From Gammaproteobacteria bacterium (GTDB lineage: Bacteria > Pseudomonadota > Gammaproteobacteria > Eutrophobiales > Eutrophobiaceae): 64,000 nucleotides of DNA. A program made the position numbers and the translations under genes. The DNA lies in assembly GCA_965215365.1 (NCBI GenBank), contig CBDCDS010000003.1, positions 320,001-384,000 on the forward strand. The letters run 5' to 3'. Every line of letters starts with the position of its first letter. Position 1 is the stretch's first letter. Below are positions 47,738-58,829 of the stretch, piece by piece. The notes under the pieces are model-generated. The model saw nothing but the letters and a program-made list of their open reading frames with translations. It was not told the DNA's origin and ran no database searches.

Positions 47738-49170
47738 TGACCGTTGCCCCCCGGCGCTGCCGTTTGCCGCTGATACAACTCCAGCAAGCGCCCGCCCAGC
47801 GCGCCGATAGCGCCGGCGCCCAGCAGCAGCAGCACATCGTTGTCGGCAGTGATGTTTTCCAGCACCTTCAACAGTTCCTTTTCCTTGCTGACGAGAATCG
47901 GCTCGAGCTTGCCGCGCACTCGCAACGCGCGGCCTAAGGAGCGGCTGTCAGCGCCCCGGATGGGCTGCTCGCCGGCCGGATAAACGTCCAGCAGGATTAA
48001 GGCATCCAGCGTTGACAAGACCTGGCAGAACTCGTCGAACAGGTCGCGGGTGCGGGTGTAACGGTGTGGCTCGAACACCACCACCACCCGGCGTCCGGGC
48101 CAACCCAGGCGCACCGTACTGACGATGGCGTTGATGGCGCTGGGGTGGTGGGCATAGTCATCCAGCAGCAATACATTCTTGCCGTTGATCTCAATATCAC
48201 CCAAAATTGAGCTTCTGCGGGCGATGCCCTGAAAGTTTTCCAGGCCGGCGCGGATGGCCTGTGGCGACACGCCCAGTTCGGTTGCCAGCGCGATCGCCGC
48301 CAGCGCATTTAAGACATTATGGCGGCCCGGCAGATTCAGCGTCACCGGAAACGTGTCGGCAGCGGCGCGTTGCACCACCTTAAAACGGGTGCGCGGCCCG
48401 TCGTAGTCAATGGCTTGCGCCCGGTAGTCAGCGTTGGAATCTATGCCGTAAGTCACATACGGTCGGTTGATGCGGGCGCTGATTGCGCGGATGCCGGCAT
48501 CATCGCCGCAAATGACGACCAGACCGTAAAACGGCAGGCAATGCAGGAAGTCGATGAAATTGTTTTGCAGGGCCTGATAACTGCCGCCGCAATATTCCAG
48601 GTGATCGGCGTCGATATTGGTCAGCGCCGCATACACCGGCGAGAGATGCAAAAAGGACGCGTCGCTCTCATCGGCTTCGGCCACGATGTACTTCCCCTTG
48701 CCCAGGCGGGCATGGGAACCGCTCATGTTCAGGCGTCCGCCAATAATGTAAGTCGGGTCGAACAGGCCCTCTGCCAGCAGGCTGGCGATCAAGCTGGTGG
48801 TGGTCGTCTTGCCGTGCGTGCCGGCCACCGCAATACCTTCCCGGAAGCGCATCAGTTCCGATAACATTTCTGCGCGCGGAATAATCGGAATACGTTGTCG
48901 GCGCGCGGCCACCAGTTCCGGGTTATCGGCCGGCACGGCACTGGAATAAACCACCACGTCACTGCCGTTCACGCGTTGTTCCCGGTGGGCATAATCGATC
49001 TTGATGCCCAGCTTTTCCAACCTGTCGGTGCTGCTGCCACGCGTTAAGTCGGTGCCCGTCACCGCATAACCCTGGTTGTGCAATACCTCGGCAATGCCGC
49101 TCATGCCAGCACCGCCGATGCCGACAAAATGCACCTGCCTGACGCGCCTCATGTGATGACCTTCAGGCAT
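47734..49170 (-). CDS. murC: UDP-MurNAc-L-Ala ligase
   Basis: GIGGAGMS, GTHGKTTT, EADESD, DDYAHHP. Confidence 0.97.
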   Translation of the reverse strand: MPEGHHMRRVRQVHFVGIGGAGMSGIAEVLHNQGYAVTGTDLTRGSSTDRLEKLGIKIDYAHREQRVNGSDVVVYSSAVPADNPELVAARRQRIPIIPRAEMLSELMRFREGIAVAGTHGKTTTTSLIASLLAEGLFDPTYIIGGRLNMSGSHARLGKGKYIVAEADESDASFLHLSPVYAALTNIDADHLEYCGGSYQALQNNFIDFLHCLPFYGLVVICGDDAGIRAISARINRPYVTYGIDSNADYRAQAIDYDGPRTRFKVVQRAAADTFPVTLNLPGRHNVLNALAAIALATELGVSPQAIRAGLENFQGIARRSSILGDIEINGKNVLLLDDYAHHPSAINAIVSTVRLGWPGRRVVVVFEPHRYTRTRDLFDEFCQVLSTLDALILLDVYPAGEQPIRGADSRSLGRALRVRGKLEPILVSKEKELLKVLENITADNDVLLLLGAGAIGALGGRLLELYQRQTAAPGGNGQ

Positions 49171-50296
49171 GAGCATACTCCAGGCACAAGGCGCCTACCG
49201 CTTGCGCGGCTGCGGGGAAGGCGCACTGACGGGCTTGCTGCGCCATCCCGGCCAGGCAGTTGCTGGCGCCGCATAACTGCCACAGCAGTTCTGCCAGCGC
49301 AGTTTCGGTCAATTCGCTTTCCGGGAGCATCACCGCGGCGCCGGCGTCGCACAGATAACCGGCATTGGCGCGCTGGTGGTCGTCTATGGCATGGGGAAGC
49401 GGCACCAGTATTGACGGGAGTCCGGCTGCGCACAGTTCGGCGATGGTCAGCGCGCCGGCCCTGCATACGGCAATATCCGCCCAGCGGTAAGCGGCTGCCA
49501 TATCAGTGATAAACGGGTCGATCCGGGGCTGCTGCAGTTGCAAACCGGCATAAACGCGCTGCGTCTCGGCAACATGCCGCGCGCCACACTGGTGCCAGAC
49601 ATTGACCTTAAGCCGGTCTTGCAGCCGGTTCATCCCGCGCGGCGCCAGCCGGTTCAGTTGACGTGCGCCCTGGCTGCCGCCCAGCACCAGCACGTTCAGC
49701 CGCGCCGGCGCGCCGCCAGGACCCGGGGTGATGTTACTCTGCTCCTTAGCTGCCGCCCCGCCGGCGCGCGCAGCCGGCAAGTCAACTATGGTGCGGCGCA
49801 CCGGGTTCCCTGTGGTAATCACCTTGGCGCTAGCCCTGAAAGTGCCCGGAAAACCCTGCATGATCTTAACTGCAAACCGCGACAGGATCCTGTTGGTGGT
49901 GCCGGCAACCCGGTTCTGTTCGTGGATCAGCAACGGCACCCGCAACAACCAGGCGGCAATGGCACCGGGCCCGCTGGCAAAACCGCCCATGCCCAGCGCC
50001 AGCACCGGGCGTCGTTGCCGGCAGATACGCAAGGCCTGTGCGAGCGCGCCGAGTATTGTCAACGGTGCCAGCAACTTGCGTCGCCAGCCCTTGCCGCGGA
50101 CGCCGCTCACCGGCACGGTCAGCAGTTCTATGCCGTGCGCCGGCACGACCCGGTTTTCAATACCACGCGGGGCGCCCAGCCAGAACAGCGGGACGCCCTG
50201 CTCGCGCAGGTAATCAGCCACCGCCAGCGCCGGGTAAACATGGCCGCCGGTGCCACCCGCCATGATCATGATTGCCTTACTCGGGGCCAAGGTCAT
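49163..50296 (-). CDS. murG: Lipid II GlcNAc transferase
   Basis: GGTGGHVYP, HEQN, GNPVR, GGSQGA. Confidence 0.97.
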   Translation of the reverse strand: MTLAPSKAIMIMAGGTGGHVYPALAVADYLREQGVPLFWLGAPRGIENRVVPAHGIELLTVPVSGVRGKGWRRKLLAPLTILGALAQALRICRQRRPVLALGMGGFASGPGAIAAWLLRVPLLIHEQNRVAGTTNRILSRFAVKIMQGFPGTFRASAKVITTGNPVRRTIVDLPAARAGGAAAKEQSNITPGPGGAPARLNVLVLGGSQGARQLNRLAPRGMNRLQDRLKVNVWHQCGARHVAETQRVYAGLQLQQPRIDPFITDMAAAYRWADIAVCRAGALTIAELCAAGLPSILVPLPHAIDDHQRANAGYLCDAGAAVMLPESELTETALAELLWQLCGASNCLAGMAQQARQCAFPAAAQAVGALCLEYAHA

Positions 50297-51470
50297 CTCC
50301 CCCCTTGTTTATCCTGAGGCCACGCGGATAACGGTTTTCCAAATCGATGCGCAGCAGGATCGCCACCAGCATACAGCTCACGACGATGCTGTTGGCGCCA
50401 TAACTGAACAGCGGCAGGGTCAGCCCCTTGGTGGGTAGCAGGCCGACGTTGACGCCCATGTGAATGAATGCCTGGATGCCGATCAACAGGCCAATGCCAT
50501 ACGCCATGTAGGCGGCAAAGTAGTTGCGCAACTGGTGCGCATAAGCGGCGATGGTAAAGGCTCTCCAGATAAAGAACAGAAATGCCGACGCGAGCAACAG
50601 GGAAAACAGCAAACCCAGTTCTTCGGCGGCAATGGCAAAAATAAAATCGGTGTGCGCCTGGGTCAGGTAAAACAGTTTTTGCACACTACTGCCCAGGCCA
50701 ACGCCGAACCATTCACCGCGGCCAAATGCGATCAACGACTGGATAAGCTGGTAGCCCGAATTGAACGGATCCTGCCAGGGGTCGATAAACGCCTTGAGCC
50801 GGGCCAGACGGTAAGAAGGAATGACTGCCAATGCCACCAGCACCGCCACCATCACCGGCAGCCACAGAAAAAAGCGGCCGACCGGGATGCCGGCCAGGAA
50901 TAACACGCCCACCGTGGTCAGGAAAATAACCACCACGGTGCCGTAATCCGGTTCCAGCAGCAGCAGGCCCGAGAGCAGCGTCATCACTGCCAGCGGCGGC
51001 ATGAACATGCGGAAACTCAGCCGCCGGGTTTCCGCCAACGGCGCCAGATAGGCCGCGACATAACTGATGATACAAAGCTTTGCCAGTTCCGAAGCCTGAA
51101 AATTGATCGGGCCCAGTTTAATCCAGCGCACACTGCCGTTGACCTCGCGACCAACGCCGGGCACCAGCACCAACGTCAGCAGCGCCATGGCCAGCAACAG
51201 CAACGGCAGGCCCAGTTTCTGCCACAACGCGACCGGGACTCTAACGATCACAAAGGCCAGCCCCAGACCCAGCATCGCGGCGACAGCCTGACGCTGGAAA
51301 TAGTACAGGGGATTATCATGCAGCCGGTCGCCCAGGGCAATCGACGAGGAGGCTACCATCACCAGCCCGCCTACCAGCAGGAACATGAGCGCCAGCACCA
51401 GCCAGTGGTCATAATCATGCCAGCCGGCGGTTCCCGCCTGGCGGCTGCTGACTGCTTGCAGTTGCTGCAT
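50277..51470 (-). CDS. ftsW: SEDS protein FtsW
   Basis: NGSVRWI, ELAK, HTDFIF, PTKGLTLP, SYG. Confidence 0.95.
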   Translation of the reverse strand: MQQLQAVSSRQAGTAGWHDYDHWLVLALMFLLVGGLVMVASSSIALGDRLHDNPLYYFQRQAVAAMLGLGLAFVIVRVPVALWQKLGLPLLLLAMALLTLVLVPGVGREVNGSVRWIKLGPINFQASELAKLCIISYVAAYLAPLAETRRLSFRMFMPPLAVMTLLSGLLLLEPDYGTVVVIFLTTVGVLFLAGIPVGRFFLWLPVMVAVLVALAVIPSYRLARLKAFIDPWQDPFNSGYQLIQSLIAFGRGEWFGVGLGSSVQKLFYLTQAHTDFIFAIAAEELGLLFSLLLASAFLFFIWRAFTIAAYAHQLRNYFAAYMAYGIGLLIGIQAFIHMGVNVGLLPTKGLTLPLFSYGANSIVVSCMLVAILLRIDLENRYPRGLRINKGGDDLGPE

Positions 51471-52822
51471 TATTGTTCCTCTCTGAGGCCGGCGACGCAG
51501 TGTTTGAACGCATTGCCGCGGGCGCTGAAATCCGTGAACATGTCGGTGCTGGCGCAAGCGGGGGACAGCAATACGGTATCCCCGGGCTGCGCCATACGCG
51601 CGGCGGCGCTGACCGCGGCGTCCATACTGGTTGCGTAACATACCTCGCAGTCAGGCGTAACGATGGCGGCTATTTCCCGCGCACTTTGACCCATCAGTAT
51701 GACGCCCTTGACATGCGCGCTGATGGCAGCCGCCAGCGGCGAGAAATCGGCACTCTTGCCGGCGCCACCGGCGATCAGCACGAGGTTGCGGCGTGCCGGC
51801 GCCAGACCCTGCAGGGCGGCCAGGGTAGCGCCCACATTAGTTCCCTTGGAATCGTTGATCCAGCCGACGCCGTTGAGCACAGCCACCCGTTCGCAGCGGT
51901 GCGGCAACCCGGAAAAATCGCGTGCGGCAGCCACCAGGGCCGGCAACGGCAGCTCCAGGGCCCGGCCCAGCGCCAGACAAGCCAGCACGTTGGCCAGATT
52001 GTGGCGGCCGCAAACCTTGAGTTCAGACTGCCTGAGCAGCGTCTCAGCCCGGTACAGCAGCCAGCTCTCGCCGTTGTAGCGACCGACCCGGAAGTCCGCA
52101 TCCGCCCGCGCCAGGGCATAACTGATAGTCCTGCGCCCCGGGCGCTGCATGGCGCGCACGGTGTCATCATCCAGGTTGATGATCATGGCACCGGCGCCGG
52201 CATAGATGTTCTGCTTGGCCCGTGCGTAGTCGTCCATACTGGCATGGCGATCTAGGTGGTCCGCCGACACGTTCAGCACCGCGGCGGCAACGGGGCGGTG
52301 CGAGCGCAGGGTTTGCAACTGAAAGCTGGACAGTTCCAACAGGTAATAATCCGGCGGCGGCGCAGCCAACAGGTCCAGGGCCGGGGTACCGATGTTCCCG
52401 CCCAGGCGCACCCGCAGACCCGCGCGCGCCAGCATCTGTGCCAGCAGACTCACCACCGTGCTCTTGCCATTGGACCCGGTGACCGCAACCAGCGGCGCGT
52501 TGACAGCGCGACAGAAAAGCTCTACGTCACCGACGATCTCCACCCCGGCGCGGGCGGCGGCGCGCAGGGCCGGATGCTCCGGCGCAACGCCGGGGCTGAC
52601 AATCAGCCGGCGCGCCCGGCACAACAGCTCGGGCTGAAAGTCCCCGGCAAGGAACGGCACCTGCGGGTAGCGCTGGCGCAGCTTGGCCAGCTGCGGCGGC
52701 TGCTGCCGGGTGTCGGCAACAGCCAGCCGCTCTCCCGAACCGGCCAGATGTCTGACACAGGACCAGCCGGTCTTGCCCAAACCCAGGATCAAGCTGTCGA
52801 AGCGCGGTTCCAAATCCGCCAT
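51470..52822 (-). CDS. murD: UDP-MurNAc-L-Ala-D-Glu ligase
   Basis: GSNGKST, ELSSFQL, DHLDRH, NDSKGTN, LSPACAS. Confidence 0.96.
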   Translation of the reverse strand: MADLEPRFDSLILGLGKTGWSCVRHLAGSGERLAVADTRQQPPQLAKLRQRYPQVPFLAGDFQPELLCRARRLIVSPGVAPEHPALRAAARAGVEIVGDVELFCRAVNAPLVAVTGSNGKSTVVSLLAQMLARAGLRVRLGGNIGTPALDLLAAPPPDYYLLELSSFQLQTLRSHRPVAAAVLNVSADHLDRHASMDDYARAKQNIYAGAGAMIINLDDDTVRAMQRPGRRTISYALARADADFRVGRYNGESWLLYRAETLLRQSELKVCGRHNLANVLACLALGRALELPLPALVAAARDFSGLPHRCERVAVLNGVGWINDSKGTNVGATLAALQGLAPARRNLVLIAGGAGKSADFSPLAAAISAHVKGVILMGQSAREIAAIVTPDCEVCYATSMDAAVSAAARMAQPGDTVLLSPACASTDMFTDFSARGNAFKHCVAGLREEQ

Positions 52823-52857
52823 GTCATCCTCATTCGGTTTACGTTGTGGCAACATGG

Positions 52858-53940
52858 CTACCGGATCTTCATGCTGGCAAGCCCGATCAGCACCAAGATG
52901 ACGGTGATGATCCAAAAGCGCACGATCACCCGCGGTTCGGGCCAGCCCTTCAGTTCATAGTGGTGGTGCAGCGGCGCCATACGGAATATACGCTTGCCGG
53001 TCAGTTTGTAGGAGCTGACCTGCAGGATCACGGAAACCGTTTCAATAACGAACACGCCCCCCATGATGAACAGCACTAGTTCCTGCCGCACGATCACCGC
53101 AATGGTGCCCAGCGCGGCACCCAGCGACAGCGCGCCGACATCGCCCATGAACACCTGAGCCGGATAGGTGTTGAACCAGAGAAAACCCAGACCGGAACCG
53201 GCAATGGCGGCGCCGACGATGCAGATTTCACCGACGCCCGGTATGTAGGGAAAGCCCAGGTATTCGGCAAAGCGGGCATGTCCGGTGACGTAGGCGAACG
53301 CAGTCAGGCCGCCCACCACCATGACGGTCGGCAGGATCGCCAGACCATCCAGACCATCGGTCAGATTGACCGCGTTGCTGGAACCCACAATGACAAAATA
53401 GCTGGTGATGATAAACAACAGACCCAGTTCATAGTTAAAGGATTTGATGAACGGCAGGAGCAAGGTGGTTTCCTCAGGCGTAGCCGCGCTGGCGTAGAGA
53501 AAAATGCCCACGCACAGGGCGAACAGCGATTGCCAGAAATACTTCCAACGGGCGCTGAGCCCGTTGGGGTCCTTGCGTACGATCTTGCGGTAATCGTCCA
53601 CCCAGCCGAGCAGTCCGAAGGCCACGATGACACCGAACACCACCCACACGAAGCGGTTTGACAAATCCGCCCAGCACAGGATGCTCACCGAGATGGAACA
53701 CAGGATTAACACCCCGCCCATGGTCGGGGTGCCGGCTTTATCCAGGTGTGTTTGCGGGCCGTCCGTGCGCACCTCTTGCCCGATGCGGTACTTATCAAGG
53801 TAACGGATCAACCTGGGCCCGATCAGCAAGGTGACAAACAAGGCCGTCAGCGCGCCCAGGATGGTGCGAGTGATGATGTACTGAAACGCATTGAACCCGC
53901 TGAGGAACTGCGTCAGATATTCTGCCAGCCACAGCAGCAT
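52858..53940 (-). CDS. mraY: Phospho-MurNAc-pentapeptide transferase
   Basis: [25 protein letters not shown]. Confidence 0.98.
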   Translation of the reverse strand: MLLWLAEYLTQFLSGFNAFQYIITRTILGALTALFVTLLIGPRLIRYLDKYRIGQEVRTDGPQTHLDKAGTPTMGGVLILCSISVSILCWADLSNRFVWVVFGVIVAFGLLGWVDDYRKIVRKDPNGLSARWKYFWQSLFALCVGIFLYASAATPEETTLLLPFIKSFNYELGLLFIITSYFVIVGSSNAVNLTDGLDGLAILPTVMVVGGLTAFAYVTGHARFAEYLGFPYIPGVGEICIVGAAIAGSGLGFLWFNTYPAQVFMGDVGALSLGAALGTIAVIVRQELVLFIMGGVFVIETVSVILQVSSYKLTGKRIFRMAPLHHHYELKGWPEPRVIVRFWIITVILVLIGLASMKIR

Positions 53941-55295
53941 CAGCCGGTCTCCTGCGTCAGCGCGGCCACTAGCCGTTCCATAGCCATGGATCTCGAACCC
54001 TTGACCAGTAATACCACCTCGGGACGCAGCGCCGCGCGCAGCGCCTCGAGCAGGTCATCCGGCTCAGTAAAATGTGCGCCCCCGGCACCGAAACCGGTTA
54101 CCGCGTGCGCGGCCAGCGCGCCAATGCCGTACAGGCGTTCGACGCCCAGCGCGCGCGCCTGGGCGCCGGCCTGCTCGTGCAGCGCGGCGGCGGCGGTGCC
54201 CAGTTCGCCCATATCGCCCAGCGCCAGCCAGCAACGGCCCGGCATAGCACACGCCACCTCCAGCGCCGCGCGCAAGGACCCGGGGTTGGCATTGTAGCTG
54301 TCATCCAGGATGCCGGCGCCATGCCGCCCGGGTTTCAACTGCATGCGCCCGGCTACCGCCCGCACCTGACCCAGACCGCCGGTTATCTGCTCCAAGGGGA
54401 TGTCGATAGCGCAACAGCAGGCCGCAGCCGCCAGTGCGTTCATAACGTTGTGCGCGCCGCACAGGCTTAATTCCACAGGGGCCTGGCGTCCGTACAGCGC
54501 CAGTTCGAAGCGGGTCTGCCCGGTGGCAGGGTCAAGTTTGACGGCAGTGGCGGTCACATCTGCCGGCGAGTTCAGGCCAAAGGTGATTTGCCGCCGGTCA
54601 CGGGTGCGTTCCAGCCAGAACCCGGCGTAGGCATCATCGCCGTTGACGACGGCCGTACCGCCCGGCGCCAATTCCTGGTAAATCTCGGCCTTGGCCGCAG
54701 CTACGCCGTCCACAGAACCGAAACCCTGGAGGTGGGCCGGCGCGCACTGGGTGATGAGCGCCACCTGGGGTTGGGCCAGACGGCTTAACCAGCTTATCTC
54801 GCCGGGGTGATTGGCGCCCATCTCAATCACGGCATAGGCGTAACCGGGCGCCAGCCGGAACAGAGTCAACGGCACGCCGATGTCGTTGTTCAGATTGCCG
54901 CGGGTAGCCAGCACTTCGGCGTTGACGGACAGAATAGCGCGCAGCATTTCCTTCACCGTAGTCTTGCCATTGCTGCCGGTCACGGCAATGACCGGCAGCT
55001 CAAAGCGCGCGCGCCAGTGGGCCGCCAGCAAGCCCGCTTGCCGCCTGGCGTCGGCCACCCGGATGACAGGCAGGGGATAGTCGGCATCGCGCTCCACCAG
55101 CGCCGCGCCGGCGCCTTGGGCGCAGGCGGCGGGGATAAAGTCGTGGCCATCCCGCGCCGGCCCGCGCAAGGCGATGAACAGCGCCTCGGGTTCCAGCGCG
55201 CGACTGTCATAACTGCATCCGGTGAAGCGCCGGTCTGCGCCCCTGAGCTCGCCATTGATGACGCCGCAAGCGGTTGCTAATGGCATACTGATCAC
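53940..55295 (-). CDS. murF: UDP-MurNAc-tripeptide-D-Ala-D-Ala ligase
   Basis: [34 protein letters not shown]. Confidence 0.96.
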   Translation of the reverse strand: MISMPLATACGVINGELRGADRRFTGCSYDSRALEPEALFIALRGPARDGHDFIPAACAQGAGAALVERDADYPLPVIRVADARRQAGLLAAHWRARFELPVIAVTGSNGKTTVKEMLRAILSVNAEVLATRGNLNNDIGVPLTLFRLAPGYAYAVIEMGANHPGEISWLSRLAQPQVALITQCAPAHLQGFGSVDGVAAAKAEIYQELAPGGTAVVNGDDAYAGFWLERTRDRRQITFGLNSPADVTATAVKLDPATGQTRFELALYGRQAPVELSLCGAHNVMNALAAAACCCAIDIPLEQITGGLGQVRAVAGRMQLKPGRHGAGILDDSYNANPGSLRAALEVACAMPGRCWLALGDMGELGTAAAALHEQAGAQARALGVERLYGIGALAAHAVTGFGAGGAHFTEPDDLLEALRAALRPEVVLLVKGSRSMAMERLVAALTQETG

Positions 55296-56830
55296 GCGGC
55301 TTGCTCCAGCAGCTGTCGGACTTGCTGGCGGTCGCTGAAGGGGTGGCGCTGACCGGCGATTTCCTGGCAGGTCTCATGGCCTTTGCCGGCGATCAGCGCA
55401 ATGTCACCCGGGCCCGCCTTGTGCAGGGCCAGCTCAATGGCCCTGGAACGGTTGCGTTCGACAGTCACCGCAGCCTTGTGGCTGATACCGGACAGAATGT
55501 CAGCGATGATGTCGGCGCCGGCTTCGCCACGCGGGTTGTCATCGGTGAGGATGATCTCGGTGGCAAGGCGTTCCGCCACTTCCCCCATCAGCGCGCGTTT
55601 GTCGCGGTCGCGCTCGCCACCGCAGCCGAACACACAGAGCAGGCGCGCGGCACCCGCCTCCCGCAAATGCCGCAGCGCCTGTTCCAGCGCGGCAGGGGTA
55701 TGCGCGTAATCAACGACGATGCGGGCGCCGTCGGCACGGGCGAAAGTTTCCATGCGGCCGGGAACCGGAGTCAGGTTTTCCAGTTGCGCCAATACCTGCT
55801 CCAACGACAGTCCCGCCAGACACAGCAGGGCGATGACAGCCAGGATATTGCCGACATTGAATGTTCCTGTCACCTGCAGGCGCGCCTGCCCCTGGCCCCA
55901 GGGACTGGCAACAGCCAACGCCAGCCCGGTGCCTGAGGCGCGCGCAGCCGCCGCCGGGGTCAGGGTTGCCCGGACTACAGGTTGACGCCGCCCGCCCGCC
56001 ATGCCATAGCTGATGGCTTCCACCGCCGCCGGCAGGCGTTGCAGTATTTTGCGTCCGTACTCATCGTCACAGTTCACCAGCGCGGCGCGCAGTGACGGGA
56101 ATGCGAACAGCTTTTGCTTGGCTGCGAAGTACTCGTCCAGACTGTGGTGGTAGTCCAGATGATCGCGGCTCAGGTTGGTGAACACGGCCACATCGAAGTC
56201 GATGCCGTTGACCCGGCCCTGGTCCAAGGCGTGGGATGATACCTCCATAAATGCCGTATCCATGCCGGCCTCCACAAAGCCGGCGCACAGGCGTTGCAGT
56301 TCAATGGCCCCGGGGGTGGTGTTCGGACCGGACGCCAGTTCCGGGAAAGAGCCGTAGCCCAGTGTGCCCACCAGGCCCGCCGGTTGCCCGGTGAGCAATG
56401 AGTGCAGCTGCGCCGCCCACCAGCAGATCGAGGTTTTGCCGTTGGTGCCGGTGACGCCGGCAAGGCGCAGGCGGCGGCTGGGCGCCTGATAAAACCGCGC
56501 GGCGATCAAACCCAGCTTGTCACGCAGGTTGGCGACCGGAATCACCACGCCCAGGCGCCGGTCCAGGTCGGACTGCAAGGCCTCGTCCACCACCACCGCG
56601 GCGGCGCCGGCCTTGATGGCGTCGCGAATAAACAGGCTGCCGCGGGTCTGTGACCCGCGGCAGGCCAGAAACAGGTCGCCCGCGCACAGGTTGCGACTGT
56701 CGGCGCTGAGCCCGCGGATGGAGAGGTCCTGGTTGACGTTATCCTGTATGGTAACGGGGTCGGCCAGCCCTTGCAGCAGCGCCCGCAATGGCATCCCGGG
56801 GTGTCGATTGCGTGCCGGCAATATCATCAA
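55292..56830 (-). CDS. murE: UDP-MurNAc-dipeptide-DAP ligase
   Basis: GTNGKT, MEVSSH, DHLDYH, DYAHTP, DNPR, GKGHE. Confidence 0.96.
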   Translation of the reverse strand: MMILPARNRHPGMPLRALLQGLADPVTIQDNVNQDLSIRGLSADSRNLCAGDLFLACRGSQTRGSLFIRDAIKAGAAAVVVDEALQSDLDRRLGVVIPVANLRDKLGLIAARFYQAPSRRLRLAGVTGTNGKTSICWWAAQLHSLLTGQPAGLVGTLGYGSFPELASGPNTTPGAIELQRLCAGFVEAGMDTAFMEVSSHALDQGRVNGIDFDVAVFTNLSRDHLDYHHSLDEYFAAKQKLFAFPSLRAALVNCDDEYGRKILQRLPAAVEAISYGMAGGRRQPVVRATLTPAAAARASGTGLALAVASPWGQGQARLQVTGTFNVGNILAVIALLCLAGLSLEQVLAQLENLTPVPGRMETFARADGARIVVDYAHTPAALEQALRHLREAGAARLLCVFGCGGERDRDKRALMGEVAERLATEIILTDDNPRGEAGADIIADILSGISHKAAVTVERNRSRAIELALHKAGPGDIALIAGKGHETCQEIAGQRHPFSDRQQVRQLLEQAA

Positions 56831-58566
56831 CCCGGGCTTCTCAGCAAATTGCTGTTGTTGGCGAGCAGCGCCCGTTGCTTCAACCCGATCAGGTTGTCAG
56901 GCGGGATATTCAATATGCGCAACGCGCCGTGCATGATATTGGCGAACACCGGCGCCGCCACCAGACCGCCGTAATATTCTCCAGCGCCGGGCTCATCAAT
57001 CAATACGACCAGCGTCAACCGCGGTTCCGTAGCCGGGGCGAAGCCGGCAAACAGCGACAGGTAACGGTCCTCATCGTAGCCTGCCTCCGAAGCCTTGTGT
57101 ACGGTGCCGGTCTTGCCGGCAACATGGTAGCCCTCTACGGCTGCACGCGTGCCGCTGCCGCCTTGCCCGACTACCGTGCGCATCATCGTGTTCACCTCGA
57201 ACGCGATCGCCTCCGACAGCACCCGCTTGGGGGTCGGGGGAGCGCTGACTTTCTGGAAACTGAGCGGGTACAGCAGCCCGCCTGAGGCAATCACGGCATA
57301 GGCCTGAGCCAACTGCATGGCCGTCACTGAAATGCCGTAGCCGTAGGAGGCCGCCGCCAGATCGATGCGCGACCAGTCGCCGGGGTCGGCCAGCGTCCCC
57401 AGGGCTTCACCCGGGTAACCGCTCATAGTCGGGGCTCCGAAACCAACATCCTGATGCACCTGCCACAGCGGTTCCGGCCCCAGCGACAGCGCCACTTTGG
57501 TGCTGCCGACGTTGCTCGATTTGCGGATGATGTCACTGATGCTCAACAGTCCGTAGTTGTTGATGTCGCTGATCGAATAACGGCCGATGGCAAGCCGTCC
57601 CGGCGCCGTGTCGATCATAGTCTCCGGCCGGTATTGGCCGGATCTGAGCGCGGCGGCGATGGTAAACGGTTTGATGGTGGAGCCGGGCTCGAATACGTCC
57701 GTTACCACGCGGTTGCGATACTGGTTGCCACTGATACCGATGCGGTTATTAGGGTTGAATGAGGGTTGCACCGCCAGCGCCAGCACCTCGCCGGTGCGCA
57801 CATCCAGCAATAGCGCCATGCCGCCACTGGCCTTGTGCTTGAGCACCGCGGATTTCAGTTCGCGGTAGCTCAGGTATTGCAACCGCTGGTCCAGGGCCAG
57901 GGTCAGCGCCTCGCCGGGTATGGACTGCTCGATATTCTCAATATCCTTGACCACCGAACCATACAGGTCTTTCAACACCATTTTTTTGCCCGGCGCGCCG
58001 CGCAACCAGTCATCAAAAGCCAGTTCGATGCCTTCCTGCCCGCGGTCATCAATATTGGTAAACCCAATCAGGTGCGAGGCCACCTCGCCGGAAGGATAAT
58101 AGCGCTTGTATTCCTTGATGGTGTTAATACCTGGAATTTTCATGGTTTGCGCCTGACGCGCAAGGTCGGGTCTGACGTGGCGCGCCAGATAAAAGAAGTC
58201 GCGGCGCTGCCGCGCGGAGAGCGTTTGACGCAGCTCTGCTGCTGACATATCCAGCAATTCGGCCAGTTCGTTCAGGTCGGCGCCCGAAGCCAGCGTGCGC
58301 GCGGGCACGGCCCAGATTGAGTCGACCGGCGTGCTCACTGCCAGGAGTTCGCCGTAGCGGTCGGTAATGATGCCCCGGTAAGCAGGAATGGTAACGTTGC
58401 GAACGGCCCTGGCATTGCCCTCGTTGATGAGAAAATCCTTGTTCAGAATCTGCAGATAAAAGGCGCGCAGGAAGATGGCCGCGGCGGCGCCGACGAACAA
58501 GGCCAGCAGCAGCCGCCGGCGCCCGGCAAAACCGAGTTCGATGGAGCTTTTGTTGCGGGTGCTCAT
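56827..58566 (-). CDS. ftsI: Penicillin-binding protein 3
   Basis: RGIITDR, EPGSTIK, SSN, KTGT. Confidence 0.95.
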   Translation of the reverse strand: MSTRNKSSIELGFAGRRRLLLALFVGAAAAIFLRAFYLQILNKDFLINEGNARAVRNVTIPAYRGIITDRYGELLAVSTPVDSIWAVPARTLASGADLNELAELLDMSAAELRQTLSARQRRDFFYLARHVRPDLARQAQTMKIPGINTIKEYKRYYPSGEVASHLIGFTNIDDRGQEGIELAFDDWLRGAPGKKMVLKDLYGSVVKDIENIEQSIPGEALTLALDQRLQYLSYRELKSAVLKHKASGGMALLLDVRTGEVLALAVQPSFNPNNRIGISGNQYRNRVVTDVFEPGSTIKPFTIAAALRSGQYRPETMIDTAPGRLAIGRYSISDINNYGLLSISDIIRKSSNVGSTKVALSLGPEPLWQVHQDVGFGAPTMSGYPGEALGTLADPGDWSRIDLAAASYGYGISVTAMQLAQAYAVIASGGLLYPLSFQKVSAPPTPKRVLSEAIAFEVNTMMRTVVGQGGSGTRAAVEGYHVAGKTGTVHKASEAGYDEDRYLSLFAGFAPATEPRLTLVVLIDEPGAGEYYGGLVAAPVFANIMHGALRILNIPPDNLIGLKQRALLANNSNLLRSPG

Positions 58567-58829
58567 GGCACTAAAAATACTCTGGAACGGTTGTCCGGCG
58601 CGCGCATGTCCAGGTCCTCCCTGACGATACGCTCGATGTGTTCTTCCATCGTCCAGGTGCTTTGCTCGATCTGCAATTTGCTCCATTCCTCATTCAACAG
58701 GTCGCGCTCCTTTTTTAACTGCTCTATCTCCATGAAAACGTTGCGCGCGGCATGTTGCGTGCCCACCACGGATACCGCCGACACCAGCACCGCGCCTACC
58801 AGCAACAGCACCACCACGCCCTTGATCAC
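58563..58829 (-). CDS. ftsL: Cell division protein FtsL
   Basis: TM plus leucine-zipper-like helix between rsmH and ftsI. Confidence 0.88.
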   Translation of the reverse strand: MIKGVVVLLLVGAVLVSAVSVVGTQHAARNVFMEIEQLKKERDLLNEEWSKLQIEQSTWTMEEHIERIVREDLDMRAPDNRSRVFLVP

